NCBI GenBank assembly: GCA_045863335.1
Contig: BTVY01000002.1
Location: forward strand, 1 to 64,000
Source: Candidatus Hydrogenedentota bacterium
Lineage (GTDB): Bacteria; Hydrogenedentota; Hydrogenedentia; Hydrogenedentales; SLHB01
Direction of reading: 5' to 3'
Length of the DNA: 64,000 bases
Both the position numbers and the translations under genes were made by a program. This document shows, one piece after another, positions 18,222 through 28,718 of the stretch (positions within the stretch are counted from its first letter, which is position 1; each line of letters opens with the position of its first letter). Under the pieces are notes generated by a model that was given only the letters and a program-made list of their open reading frames with translations, was not told the origin of the DNA and made no database searches.

Positions 18222-19994
18222 TTAGCGATCGGGAAAACTCAGCACGACCACTTGCCCTGCGGGCACCCGCATGCTGATTTGATCCGCGTCGCTACCCACG
18301 ATGTACTCGCCACCAATAAGGACCTCGACTTCGGAGCACGCGCCCGACACGGTTACGTCCTGCGTAGCGGCGGGGTCCGCGACTTCGCCGTTGGCCGTAG
18401 TCTTCGAGATGCCGAGGTTGTTGAATACGCCAAGCAGATCCCGGCCATCGCTCCGAGCTTGCGCGCTCCCCACCTTCCCTTCGACCCGATACGGCAGTAA
18501 GGTTCGAAGCCGCTCTATACAGGCATCGGCACTTTCCTTGGACCCTTCGTACACGAACCTGCGTTCGGCCGGGATCTTCGACTGGTTGGCTTGCTCTGCG
18601 TCGAAGTAGACGACGAGCAAATAGGAATCAATTACGTCTTGAGGCGCATTGGCCGACAACACATCAAAACCTCCAATCCACGGCGAAGGCGTGAGGTTAT
18701 GCGAATCGCCACCGGATACGGCGCGCTGCGTCGCATAGAGGTCTCGTGCGAAACTCCGGAGCTGCGCGTGAAACGAATCACCTTCTGCCATCCGCCATAG
18801 CTTGTCCGTGTATCCTGCGACGTAACGGATATCCACGCCGAAGGTATCGGGGGGCATGATCAACGCCGCGGGAACCACAGGTTCGGGGCGCGAAAACCGG
18901 CGATTGAACGCGTCGAACTCCTGGACGATCTTGCCGTATTCGGTGAGCGGATACTCTTCCCAATTGCCGAAGTAGTTTTCCGCGCCCCACTCTTCGCCGT
19001 AGAACGACGCACCCGACAGCCAACTGAAGTACAGCAGGCGACGCTGAAGGGACCGGCTGCTTCCGAACTCGCGTCCGATGTTGTACCCATCCATCACCTT
19101 CTTCAGTTCGGGGTAATCGGGGAACCAGGGCGAAAAGGTCAACGCGCACACGCAGCCCATGGGCGCGCCGCCCCAGGGTTCATAGTAGACGCCAAACGGC
19201 TTGCCATACTCGCGTGCCGCTCCTCGCGCAAAAGCGATCTGCAGCGCAGACAGAGGAACTTGATTGCCGATCTCGGGCATGACGTTCTTTGCACCCAGGC
19301 GGAAAGCGGCGTGGTATAGCTGACCGAACCCCGTCACCGACATGACCTGCCCGGAGGTCATCTCGACCATTTTCGCGAAGTATCGTTCCAGGTACTGCTC
19401 GACGTCATCCAAATTACTCAATTCCTGGTAAACGTCGCGGTAGACACTGAAATCGCCCGCCGAAAAGTACGGCGATTCGACACGGCCCTCGAATTGTGCG
19501 AAGTGTTCTTCATCGAAGGGATCGCCCTTGTCCAGGATCAGCTTGTGGATTCGCTCGTAGTCATGGATGGGCGAATTCCCCCACTCGTGCACCTGGAACC
19601 CGAGGAACTTCGGATCGTCCTTCAGCGCATCCGCAATCGCCCCAATTCCATCTAGCGACTGATATGACATGCCGCCGCACAGCCGATCGAAGTAATAGAG
19701 TTCGCCGGAATTCTTCGCCGTATCAATGAGCGGGGAATTGGACCATGTTTCACCGAACACATGCCTGGTCATGCCGGTGTTGTGGAGACGGTACCCCGCG
19801 CCCTCGAGCAGTCCATGCTTTGCCAGACCGTCGCGAAAACGCGGCTCGCAATGCTGCAGGAAGACCATGCCTTGGGTTGTGTTCGAGACCGGCGTCTCTG
19901 CCGGGCTACCCGCCGAAAAGTAAATCGGCGCACTGGCAAGTGCCATCAATACCGCCAATGCCGATCGGAAAGGTGATACCGTTTGCGAATGCAT
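18222..19994 (-). CDS. Secreted hypothetical protein, possibly a TIM-barrel glycoside hydrolase-like enzyme
   Basis: 590-aa ORF with signal-like N-terminus and normal composition; GFQVHEWG and YYEPWGG resemble GH-A clan strand ends. Family not identified. Confidence 0.7.
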   Translation of the reverse strand: MHSQTVSPFRSALAVLMALASAPIYFSAGSPAETPVSNTTQGMVFLQHCEPRFRDGLAKHGLLEGAGYRLHNTGMTRHVFGETWSNSPLIDTAKNSGELYYFDRLCGGMSYQSLDGIGAIADALKDDPKFLGFQVHEWGNSPIHDYERIHKLILDKGDPFDEEHFAQFEGRVESPYFSAGDFSVYRDVYQELSNLDDVEQYLERYFAKMVEMTSGQVMSVTGFGQLYHAAFRLGAKNVMPEIGNQVPLSALQIAFARGAAREYGKPFGVYYEPWGGAPMGCVCALTFSPWFPDYPELKKVMDGYNIGREFGSSRSLQRRLLYFSWLSGASFYGEEWGAENYFGNWEEYPLTEYGKIVQEFDAFNRRFSRPEPVVPAALIMPPDTFGVDIRYVAGYTDKLWRMAEGDSFHAQLRSFARDLYATQRAVSGGDSHNLTPSPWIGGFDVLSANAPQDVIDSYLLVVYFDAEQANQSKIPAERRFVYEGSKESADACIERLRTLLPYRVEGKVGSAQARSDGRDLLGVFNNLGISKTTANGEVADPAATQDVTVSGACSEVEVLIGGEYIVGSDADQISMRVPAGQVVVLSFPDR

Positions 19995-20102
19995 ATGCTC
20001 CCACTCCTACTCCGTCAATTCCCCCAATCTGCGATGTCCGTTCGTAGGACGCGCACAACGGGAAGATCTTCGCGCACTGGTGTATTGATCCCGCGAACGC
20101 GA

Positions 20103-22805
20103 CTACTCGCTACGCAGCCAGTCCAACGTGAACCGCGCAAAGGTGATTGTTTCGTACGGTCCCTCTGCGCCGCGCTCGTAGACGCATCCCGCGCGGCCAT
20201 CACCAAGGGGCACGAGGCACGAATAAGCGGATGGTCCGGCGTAGAGCGTGCGGCTATGCGCCCAGGTTTGGCCGTCGTCTTCGCTGAGGCGCACGGACAT
20301 CTCGTGGCGCTCGTTGCGCGATGCGGGATTGGAAAACAAGACCAGGTTCGGGCCTTCCGCATCGGATGGCGTCTGGCGAATGATGCTGCCCTGGCAGCGT
20401 GGCGCGATGAGGGTCTCGTCGTATGCGAGCGGGGACCAGGACGCGCCGCCGTCGGCGCTGGCCGAGATGACGCGGTAGACCGTCTCGTGGTTGGACGAAC
20501 GGCGCATGTTTAACAGTAACGACCCGTCTCGACGTTCGATGATCTGACTCTCGTTCGTTCCATCTGCCGTTACGCCGCCGAGCTTCCAGGTCTCCCCGTG
20601 GTCGTCGGAATAGTACACGAGGGAATGGTATCCCACCGTGTCGCCGCTGGTTTTCTGGTCGCATGGTATGACCAGCCGTCCGTTGTGAGGTGCATGCCGC
20701 AACTGAATACCCACGCCAGGTCCCGTCGCGTACCAGGTCCAGTTAGGCAGTTTCACGTTCTGCGTGATCTCCTTGGGCGACGCCCAGGTCGCGCCATGGT
20801 CATCGCTGTAGGTTACCCACGCCGTGCGCGTGCCTTCGCTCGTGCCATCCACGATCTCGTGCTCCGAATCCTGGCCGAGATTGTGGGTGAGGTGCAGCCA
20901 CATGCGGCCGGTATCCTCATCGAGCACGGGACAGGGATTTCCGCAGGTGTTCTGGCCGTCGTCCCAGACGACCTGAACGGGTCCCCAGGTCTCGCCGCCG
21001 TCGGTCGAGCGGCGCAGCAGGAGATCGATGTCGCCGCTGTCCGAGCGGCTGCCTTTCCGGCCCTCGCAAAAGGCGAGCAGCGTTCCATCCGCGGCCTTGA
21101 TGACGGAGGGAATGCGATAGGTGTGGTAGCCGCCTTCGCCGCTCGTGAAGATCGCTTGCTCTTTCGGAAGCAATGCGGCCTCGCGATCGAGTTCTTCCAT
21201 GGTGAAGCGTACGCTCACGATGTAGGGTTCTTCGCCTTCGGTCCAATGGCCGTAGGTGGTCGTCACGAAGGTCCCATCCGGCAAAAGCTCCACGCCGGGG
21301 TAGGTGCAGTCCGCACCTTTGGTATTGTCCATGATCCGGATGCGATATTGCCCGTCATCGCCATTGACGATGTCCTCGTAGCGGCCGACCCAGCCGACCC
21401 AATCGCCGGCGGTGGGACTTTGGCGTGTCGTGTCGCGGAAGGAGATGAAGAGACGGCCGTCGGGCGCGTACCGGCCCACGTGGCGATCGCCGGTCAAGCT
21501 TGCCGGAAGTTCGCGCGGCTCGGTCCACGTTTCCCCTTCATCGTCGGAGAAAATGACGAAGGAGTTGTATTGGCGGCTGTTCTCGCGCAGGAGCACGGCC
21601 ATTTGGTTGCCATCGGGCGACCGGATCAGGCCCGGCTCACAGAGGTGCGCGGCGGGATGGGTCGCGATGACTTCAGGATCGCCCCAGGTCAAACCGCCAT
21701 CGCTGGAGATCGTCTTGTAGACGTAAAATTTGCCGCGTTCATTCTTGTTGCGGAGGAAGCGGCCGTCATCATGGAAGAGCGCCATGTAGTCGCCGTTCTT
21801 CAAACGCTCGACACTCCCCATCGCGACGATGCCGCCGAAGTTGCCGATGGGCTCCAGCGGCGTCCACGTGATGCCCTCGTCTTCCGACACGGCCATGCGG
21901 ATCGGGTAAAGTCCCGAAAACATGATGAGCCGCTTGACGCCTTCCTTGTCGACGACCCGGTGGATCGTCGGCACTTCCATGGAAGTCGCCCAGTTTTCCG
22001 GAACCGGTAGCCGATCGCTCCACGTGAGTCCGCCATCTTCGCTGCGCTTCATGACGATGGCGCCGCGGCCGTGTCCTTTCGGATACACCGTGATGATCGT
22101 CTTACCGTCTTCGAGCAGCACGGTCGTGGGATGACCGAGGTACTGGCCCACTTCGCGGTCTACGATGACTTGGCGCGCCGTCTGGCGTGAGAGATCGATG
22201 ATGGGAAGAGTATATCCGGGGTTCTCCGTGGACGGCGGCGGCGGGTCCATAAGATCGCCTTCCGCGGAGAAACTGTAGAGCCGCAACGTGTCCCGCCAGG
22301 GCCGGAATCCGAAGCGGCCCAAGGGACGATTGCCGACATTCGCAGACACGATCTCGTTTCCGTCGATCAGGATTCGGAGCGTGCTGCGTTCGCGGATCGC
22401 CTCGAAGTCGAATGGCTTCCCGCGCTCGATGTAGTCGGAAGTCTTCTTCCCGCCGATATCGACGCCATTGAATACGGAACCTGACACAAAGATCTCACGC
22501 TGATTCGCGCCGTTGAAGCCGAAATGGCTGTCCTCGCCGATGACAAATGACGCCGCTGAGCCGTCTAGTGACTCAAGCGACAAATGCGCGCGGATGTGGA
22601 CGTCGCCGCCACCGGCATATTGATTGGAGTACAGAAACCGGTCGACGCCGGAAGCTTCGAGATAGCCGTTGCCTGTCGTCCAATCCGCTCCGACAATAGC
22701 AACTGAAGTTACTTTGCCGTCATCAACAAAGGATTCGGCGCGTGCGCCGGAAAGACAAAGCAAGAGAAAGCAAAATGTTGCACTGGATCTGCTGAAGCAC
22801 TTCAT
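20103..22805 (-). CDS. Secreted tandem sialidase-like (BNR/Asp-box) protein
   Basis: Multiple SxDxGxTW Asp boxes in two domains; the second domain has YRIP, TNESQ and AYS motifs of GH33; N-terminal lectin-like domain. Confidence 0.9.
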   Translation of the reverse strand: MKCFSRSSATFCFLLLCLSGARAESFVDDGKVTSVAIVGADWTTGNGYLEASGVDRFLYSNQYAGGGDVHIRAHLSLESLDGSAASFVIGEDSHFGFNGANQREIFVSGSVFNGVDIGGKKTSDYIERGKPFDFEAIRERSTLRILIDGNEIVSANVGNRPLGRFGFRPWRDTLRLYSFSAEGDLMDPPPPSTENPGYTLPIIDLSRQTARQVIVDREVGQYLGHPTTVLLEDGKTIITVYPKGHGRGAIVMKRSEDGGLTWSDRLPVPENWATSMEVPTIHRVVDKEGVKRLIMFSGLYPIRMAVSEDEGITWTPLEPIGNFGGIVAMGSVERLKNGDYMALFHDDGRFLRNKNERGKFYVYKTISSDGGLTWGDPEVIATHPAAHLCEPGLIRSPDGNQMAVLLRENSRQYNSFVIFSDDEGETWTEPRELPASLTGDRHVGRYAPDGRLFISFRDTTRQSPTAGDWVGWVGRYEDIVNGDDGQYRIRIMDNTKGADCTYPGVELLPDGTFVTTTYGHWTEGEEPYIVSVRFTMEELDREAALLPKEQAIFTSGEGGYHTYRIPSVIKAADGTLLAFCEGRKGSRSDSGDIDLLLRRSTDGGETWGPVQVVWDDGQNTCGNPCPVLDEDTGRMWLHLTHNLGQDSEHEIVDGTSEGTRTAWVTYSDDHGATWASPKEITQNVKLPNWTWYATGPGVGIQLRHAPHNGRLVIPCDQKTSGDTVGYHSLVYYSDDHGETWKLGGVTADGTNESQIIERRDGSLLLNMRRSSNHETVYRVISASADGGASWSPLAYDETLIAPRCQGSIIRQTPSDAEGPNLVLFSNPASRNERHEMSVRLSEDDGQTWAHSRTLYAGPSAYSCLVPLGDGRAGCVYERGAEGPYETITFARFTLDWLRSE

Positions 22806-22943
22806 GGCTCCCCCGTTCGCGTTGGATACCGATTTCGCAGGTCCACCTTAGCGAAACGCGTTCGTCGATTTCACGTTTCGTAACTGTTTTGCGGAATGGC
22901 GTAGCATTCATCATGATACCGCGACATGCGCAATCTCCCCGCT

Positions 22944-23214
22944 CCGTCATCCCCGCGAAGGCGGGGATCCATCTTGGGGCGGTACGCATGGCATAAAGGC
23001 ACTTGATGAGAACCATCGAAGAAAAGTACTCCCGATGCATGTCACAAGACTATCGGTCGATGCACACGGTACGGGAAAAGATGGATCCCCGCCTTCGCGG
23101 GGATGACGGTTTAGGGGTGGGTTGGGATGGTCGTGGGAATCCGCTGTAAATGGTCTAAACGGAGGACCGCGTTGACGATGGATTCCCGCCTTCCCCACCT
23201 TCGCGGGGATGACG
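22944..23214. repeat. REP-like cluster (family E): inverted doublet plus a degenerate third copy
   Basis: Exact 32-bp inverted repeat CCGTCATCCCCGCGAAGGCGGGGATCCATCTT at 22944-22975 and 23078-23109; third copy with an internal duplication at 23177-23214. Confidence 0.88.
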
Positions 23215-23340
23215 ACGGCGATGGCGGTGTGGGGCATGAAGCCCTACGCGGCAATTGGCTATACGGCCACCACATTTCATAGGATTGGAAGAGGGCAGGA
23301 CGGTGTGCCTGCCCTCTTGTGTACGGCTGCAAACGCGGAT

Positions 23341-24024
23341 TTACCCTTCGCTCTTCACTTCCTTGATGCGAATATTGCGCCATTTCACGGACATGGGTTC
23401 GGTTTTGTCGCCGACGCCGTGGACTTGGAGCGCGATGAAGCCGGAGGGGGTCATGTCATCGGTGAGGTCGGCGCGGAGTTCGCCGTTCACCCAGGTCTTG
23501 ATGCTGTCGCCGATGGCTTCGACCTTGTAGTGGTTCCATTCGCCATTCTTCCAGACGGTCTTGCCCTGCTCGGAAAACTTCGCCGCGAGGTCTTCGTTTT
23601 CCTTCGTCGGATACAGCCAGCCGCGACGGCCTTCGTCGTAGATGCCGCCGGACCACTTGCGCGGATTGTTCTCGTCTTCCATTTCGATCTGGTAGCCATG
23701 TACGCGGCCGTCCTTGTAATCGGGGAGGCTGTTGCTGCGGACCTGGCAGCCGGAGTTCATCGTCGGGCTCGCAAAGGCTTCGAACTCCAGGACGAAGTCG
23801 CTGTAATGCTTCTTCGTGCAAAGGAAGGTGTTTTCCGTGTTCGGAGCCGATACGCCGACGATGGCATCGCCTTCAATGTGGTAGGTCGCGGCGCCGCCTT
23901 TGACTTCCCAGTCGTCGAGATCCTTGCCGTTGAACAGGTCGACCCATTCCTCCTCCGCGTGAAGGACCGGCGCGAACGCGAATCCCAATACCAACACCAA
24001 TCCCAAAGCTGCTGCGCTTCTCAT
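23341..24024 (-). CDS. DUF1080 family protein (3-keto-disaccharide hydrolase-like)
   Basis: Signal peptide; LFNGKDLDDW, NSG, GYQIE, EWNHY, GFIALQVH, WRNIRIKE. Confidence 0.92.
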   Translation of the reverse strand: MRSAAALGLVLVLGFAFAPVLHAEEEWVDLFNGKDLDDWEVKGGAATYHIEGDAIVGVSAPNTENTFLCTKKHYSDFVLEFEAFASPTMNSGCQVRSNSLPDYKDGRVHGYQIEMEDENNPRKWSGGIYDEGRRGWLYPTKENEDLAAKFSEQGKTVWKNGEWNHYKVEAIGDSIKTWVNGELRADLTDDMTPSGFIALQVHGVGDKTEPMSVKWRNIRIKEVKSEG

Positions 24025-24121
24025 GATACATCTCCCTGAGGTTGAAACTGCGGAGACTACTATACGAATCCGGGGCCGATCATCTCCACCCCGGCCCCTT
24101 CTGCTTCACTACAGATCCCCG

Positions 24122-24177
24122 TTGCGGTGCAGGCTTCCAGCCTGCGAACGGAGGCCGACTGGAAACATACACCACAA
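24122..24177. repeat. REP-like palindrome (family F), degenerate doublet
   Basis: GCAGGCTTCCAGCCTGC hairpin with a decayed partner ending ACCACAA; relatives at 38777-38802 and 42498-42522. Confidence 0.6.
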
Positions 24178-24276
24178 GCCTTGACCCCGTTTGGCATGAA
24201 CGTATTCATTCCAACGTCACCTCGCGATCTGGTATCCTCGGAACACGACTTCGGCGCGACCTTTTCGGGAGTTTCC

Positions 24277-25641
24277 ATGGCGAAGACAAAGACGACCTAC
24301 GTATGCCAAAGCTGCGGCGCCGTGTCCGTCCGTTGGGCGGGACGCTGCGAGACCTGCGGCGAATGGAACTCCATCGTTGAAGAACAGGTGATCGAGACGG
24401 GCACCCACGTGAGGCCCGCCATCAAAGACGGCGCGGAACCCATCCCTATCACCGACCGTTCGCAGCCGCCCGCGGAACGCATACCGACGGGCATCATCGA
24501 ATGTGACCGCGTGCTCGGAGGCGGGATCGTCCCTGGGTCGTTGACGCTCATTGGGGGCGACCCGGGCATCGGCAAATCGACGCTCATGCTCCAGGTTTCC
24601 CACACGGTCGCGGAGCGGGTCGGTCCGGTGCTGTACGTGTCCGGTGAGGAGTCTTTCGATCAGACCCGCATGCGGGCGGGACGGCTGGGCACCCTGAGCG
24701 ACAACCTCATGATCTTTACCGAGACGTCCGTGGATGCGGTCCGAAAGGAGATCAAGAAGGGCGGGTTTTCTGCGGTGGTGGTCGACTCGATCCAATCCAT
24801 GTATACGCCCGATCTCGCCGCGGTGCCGGGCAGCATCGGGCAGGTGCGCGACTGTTCCAACGAGTTTCTCCGGATCGCGAAAGGGCAGAACGTGCCCGTG
24901 TTTCTCGTGGGGCATGTGACCAAGGAAGGCTCCATTGCGGGACCGCGGCTACTCGAGCATCTCGTTGATACGGTGCTGTACTTCGAAGGCGAGGGCAAAC
25001 AGGCGTTGCGCATCCTGCGTTCCGTGAAGAACCGGTTCGGATCGACTAACGAGATCGGCGTCTTCGAAATGACCGAGGCGGGCCTGCAGGAAGTGCCCAA
25101 CCCCAGCGCGCTGTTCCTGAACGAGCGTCCGCGGGGCGTGAGCGGGTCGGTGGTGATTCCGAGCATCGAAGGGACGCGGCCGTTATTGGTTGAGGTGCAG
25201 GCGCTCGTGGGCGACACGCCGCTGGCCTCGCCACGCAGAACCGTCGCCGGCGTAAATCCGAATCGCGTAGCGTTGATCCTCGCCGTGCTGGAGAAACGGG
25301 CGGGCGTCCACATATCCGACAAAGAGGTCTACGTAAACGTCGCCGGAGGCGTGCGGCTGGAAGAACCGGCCATTGATCTCGCGGTGGCCGTCGCGCTGGC
25401 ATCGAGTCTGTTGGAGGCGCCGGTCCCTTCCGATATCGCCGTTTTTGGAGAGATAGGCTTGGCCGGGGAAGTGCGGGCGGTGGACATGGCGCGGAGCCGG
25501 GCGGCGGAAGCCTCGAAGTTTGGGTTCATAAAGTGTATTCTACCCAAGAGTTGTGCGGCAGACGTCCGTGACGTGCCGGTGGAGATCGTACCCGTAACCG
25601 GGGTTTCTTCCGCGATAGACGTCGCGCTGGATCGCAGGTAA
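24277..25641 (+). CDS. radA: DNA repair protein RadA/Sms
   Basis: C4 zinc finger CQSCG..CETC, Walker A GDPGIGKST, KNRFG motif, Lon-like C-terminus. Confidence 0.97.
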   Translation: MAKTKTTYVCQSCGAVSVRWAGRCETCGEWNSIVEEQVIETGTHVRPAIKDGAEPIPITDRSQPPAERIPTGIIECDRVLGGGIVPGSLTLIGGDPGIGKSTLMLQVSHTVAERVGPVLYVSGEESFDQTRMRAGRLGTLSDNLMIFTETSVDAVRKEIKKGGFSAVVVDSIQSMYTPDLAAVPGSIGQVRDCSNEFLRIAKGQNVPVFLVGHVTKEGSIAGPRLLEHLVDTVLYFEGEGKQALRILRSVKNRFGSTNEIGVFEMTEAGLQEVPNPSALFLNERPRGVSGSVVIPSIEGTRPLLVEVQALVGDTPLASPRRTVAGVNPNRVALILAVLEKRAGVHISDKEVYVNVAGGVRLEEPAIDLAVAVALASSLLEAPVPSDIAVFGEIGLAGEVRAVDMARSRAAEASKFGFIKCILPKSCAADVRDVPVEIVPVTGVSSAIDVALDRR

Positions 25642-25692
25642 ACGGGAAGAAGTTGTTGAATTAATAAGCGGTTGTGACGGGATAGGCGGGAC

Positions 25693-26778
25693 ATGGCGAA
25701 GAAGAAGAAAAAGACAGGTAAGGCCGCGTTACGGGATGCATTGACCCTGGTTTCACCGGGAACCCAATTGCGTGAAGCCATATCGGCGATCCTGCAGAGC
25801 GGGAACGGCGCCTTGATATGCATTGGGGATCCGAAACGTCTTGCCGATCTCTCGGAAGCGGGGGTCGCGATCAACGCGGAGTATACGCCGCAGCTTCTCT
25901 ACGAACTCGCAAAGATGGATGGAGCGATTATTCTGAATGAAGACGCAAGCACCATCGCCTACGCCAACCGGTTCCTGAAACCGGACAGCTCCATCGCGAC
26001 GGACGAAACCGGCACCCGCCATCGCGCCGCAGAGCGCATTGCAAGACAGTCCGGTGCGATTGTGGTGGCCGTATCGGAGCGGCGATCGAGCGTCACCTTG
26101 TACGTGCAGGACGTGAAGCACGTCCTCGACACGATTCCCACGTTGTTGAACAAAGCCATGCAGGCGATTAACACGTTGGAGAAATACATCCACGTGCTGG
26201 ATCAGGCAACAACGGATTTGAGCACGCGGGAATTCGAAGACGTGGTCACCATCTTCGACGTGTGCAAAGCGATTCAGCGTTGCGAAATGGTCGTGCGAAT
26301 CGCCAAGGAAATCGAACCGTACATCCTCGAACTGGGAACCGAAGGCCGACTCATCGCCATGCAGTTGAAGGAACTGGTGATCCCCATCGAGCAAGCGGAA
26401 TTGGTCGCGAAAGACTACTATCGCGAGAAGGCCGGGGTTACCTACGAACAGGTGCAACAGAAGGTCGACGAGTTGACCCAGCAGGAACTACTGAACCTGG
26501 GTAGCATCAGTCAGGCGCTGGGCTACGGACCAAACCTCAAGAGCATCGACACATACTTGTCTCCCCGAGGTTACCGCATCCTCACGCAGACGCACCGGCT
26601 GACGCCGCAGATCATTGACAACCTGGTCGTCAAATTCGGGTCGTTGCAGGCGATCATGCGGGCGCCGAAGGAGGAACTCTGCGAAGTGGACGGTATCGGC
26701 GAGGTGCTTGCGGAACGCGTGCGTCTGAGTCTGAACAGCCTGCGGAGCCAGTTGGCTCTCGATCGAAGCCGGCGCTAG
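25693..26778 (+). CDS. disA: DNA integrity scanning diadenylate cyclase DisA
   Basis: DAC motifs DGA and RHR (KMDGAII, TGTRHRAAER), C-terminal HhH (VDGIGE), conserved position after radA. Confidence 0.96.
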   Translation: MAKKKKKTGKAALRDALTLVSPGTQLREAISAILQSGNGALICIGDPKRLADLSEAGVAINAEYTPQLLYELAKMDGAIILNEDASTIAYANRFLKPDSSIATDETGTRHRAAERIARQSGAIVVAVSERRSSVTLYVQDVKHVLDTIPTLLNKAMQAINTLEKYIHVLDQATTDLSTREFEDVVTIFDVCKAIQRCEMVVRIAKEIEPYILELGTEGRLIAMQLKELVIPIEQAELVAKDYYREKAGVTYEQVQQKVDELTQQELLNLGSISQALGYGPNLKSIDTYLSPRGYRILTQTHRLTPQIIDNLVVKFGSLQAIMRAPKEELCEVDGIGEVLAERVRLSLNSLRSQLALDRSRR

Positions 26779-26856
26779 CGGGTCATCGGTCCCGATTCAC
26801 CTCAATGTGTTCTTGCCCAACATTGAATTGGGCGAATTCTGGAGTAGTTACGCATC

Positions 26857-27669
26857 ATGCGGTACTTGGTCGATTGTGAAATTCTGGAGAATTACGAAGT
26901 CGCGCCGGAGCAATTCCGCATGGTGATTCGCTCGCCCGAACTTGCCGGGGAGGCGAAGACGGGGCAGTTCTGCATGCTCGCCGTGTCGGAAGGTCTCTAC
27001 CCGTTTCTGCGTCGGCCCATGTGTTTCGAGCGCATTCACGAGGACCGCATCTCGGTGCTGTACAAAGTCGAGGGGGAAGGCACGGCCCTGATGGCGAAGA
27101 TGCGGCCCGGGGGCAGGATCGCCGTGCAGGGGCCACTTGGAAATGGCTTCCCTCTGGACGCCTCGTTTGACCGGCACATCATCGTGGCAGGCGGTATCGG
27201 CGTGGCCACGTTTCCGGGACTTGCGGAAGCCCTCGTCAAAGAGTGCGGCGTTACGCCGGAAGTCATCCTCGCCGCGCGAACGAAACATCTCGTCCTGTGC
27301 GAAGACGACTTCCGCTCGCTGGGGTGCACAGTCCACATCGCCACCGATGACGGCTCCGCCGGTGAGAAAGCCTATGCCGCCGACATGCTCGCGCGCCTAT
27401 CCCCCGGTCCCGGGACGCGGGTGTACGCGTGCGGTCCCATGATCATGATGGAGACGACCTCGGCCGTAGCGACCAAGGCGGGCGCGGATTGCCTTGTATC
27501 GCTCGAAGCGCAGATGGCCTGTGGCGATGGCGCCTGTCTCGGGTGCGTGGTCGAATCAAAGCGCGCCCTCGAAGGCGAAAAGATGGTGCGCGTTTGTTTG
27601 GACGGCCCCGTTTTTGACACGTCCATCATCGACTGGGAAGCCCACAACACTGCCTACGACGTGTTTTGA
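26857..27669 (+). CDS. pyrK: Dihydroorotate dehydrogenase electron transfer subunit
   Basis: GQF, LRRP, GPLGNGF, AGGIG, TDDGS, ACGP and MACGDGACLGC...VCLDGPVF (2Fe-2S) motifs. Confidence 0.9.
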   Translation: MRYLVDCEILENYEVAPEQFRMVIRSPELAGEAKTGQFCMLAVSEGLYPFLRRPMCFERIHEDRISVLYKVEGEGTALMAKMRPGGRIAVQGPLGNGFPLDASFDRHIIVAGGIGVATFPGLAEALVKECGVTPEVILAARTKHLVLCEDDFRSLGCTVHIATDDGSAGEKAYAADMLARLSPGPGTRVYACGPMIMMETTSAVATKAGADCLVSLEAQMACGDGACLGCVVESKRALEGEKMVRVCLDGPVFDTSIIDWEAHNTAYDVF

Positions 27670-27682
27670 TTCCAGCCCAGCG

Positions 27683-28627
27683 TTAATACTCGGTGACGCC
27701 GAAGGTGTCGGCGACCTGGGCGCCGTTGGGCGCGTAGAACTGGTACGAACCTTCCATGGCGCGCACGTAAGGTTGCGGGTCATTGGGTATGTAGGTCGTC
27801 TGGCCGTCGCCGAGGTAGTAGTTGCCTGCAATGCTGCCCGCGACCTGGCCATCCTGCGTGACAAGTCCTGCCTGGAACTGAAATTGCGACTGGCTGACAG
27901 CTCCCACCTGGACCGCGGGGACGCGCACCGGCAGATTGGTGTTTTCGAGGTTATCGTTGAGCCACGTGACGATCGAATAAGGAACGTTGGCGTTCATCCA
28001 CTCAAACGCGCCCGGAACCTTGAACGGGGCGAGATGGACGAGCGTGTTGTACTCGTTGAACGTCGCGGTGATCGACGCGCCGTCGGCCTCGCGCCAGCGC
28101 AGGGCGTACCAGCCTTGGGGCATGTATTCAATGACATCGTCGGCGGGCGTCCCCTCCGCGCCCATGATTGCGCGCACCTCGTCGTCGGTAAGTCCAAATT
28201 GCAGTGCGTTCAATTTTGCTTCCATCGTGTCGGGCACGACCGCGCTTTCCCCAAGTGGCGCGTCGCTTTCCGGTGTGACGGGGGGGAGCGCTTCCGCTAC
28301 CGGCGTCGACGTGGAGCCGCCGGTCTGCGCGTCGGCAACCTGTGTTGGCGGCGGCGCGGCAGGATGTACGAGGTTTCTCGAAGAAGGCGGTGCAAGCGCG
28401 TTGGGCGTTTGACTGACGCGCCCCTCGGATTGGGAAGCCGAACCCTGCGCCGACGGAGGTGGCGTGGCGGGAGGTGTTGACGGCGCAGTACGTGCAGTCT
28501 TGGGCGGCGGTGTGGGCAGTTTGTCGGACGGGGGCGGCGTGGAAACCAACATCCATCCGTAGACAGCAGCAACGGCGACGATGACAACGGCGAGCGTAAC
28601 CCCGACAACCGTAAGAACAGTCTTCAT
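27683..28627 (-). CDS. Membrane-anchored protein with Pro/Ser/Thr-rich linker and SmpA/BLIP-like domain
   Basis: GAGG RBS; single N-terminal TM helix; low-complexity linker; LQFGLTDDEVRAIMG motif. Confidence 0.75.
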   Translation of the reverse strand: MKTVLTVVGVTLAVVIVAVAAVYGWMLVSTPPPSDKLPTPPPKTARTAPSTPPATPPPSAQGSASQSEGRVSQTPNALAPPSSRNLVHPAAPPPTQVADAQTGGSTSTPVAEALPPVTPESDAPLGESAVVPDTMEAKLNALQFGLTDDEVRAIMGAEGTPADDVIEYMPQGWYALRWREADGASITATFNEYNTLVHLAPFKVPGAFEWMNANVPYSIVTWLNDNLENTNLPVRVPAVQVGAVSQSQFQFQAGLVTQDGQVAGSIAGNYYLGDGQTTYIPNDPQPYVRAMEGSYQFYAPNGAQVADTFGVTEY

Positions 28628-28718
28628 TCGACACCTCGTCTACGTTGAAGCAGATCAACCCAAACGCGCGCTCCGCCCGTCACAGGAAAACATGTAAGCC
28701 TTCCGCCGGGGGGCGCAA

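Noticed and set aside
22944-23214. Possible mini CRISPR array
   Set aside because: The copies are inverted or degenerate with irregular spacing and no cas genes are present; a REP cluster fits better.
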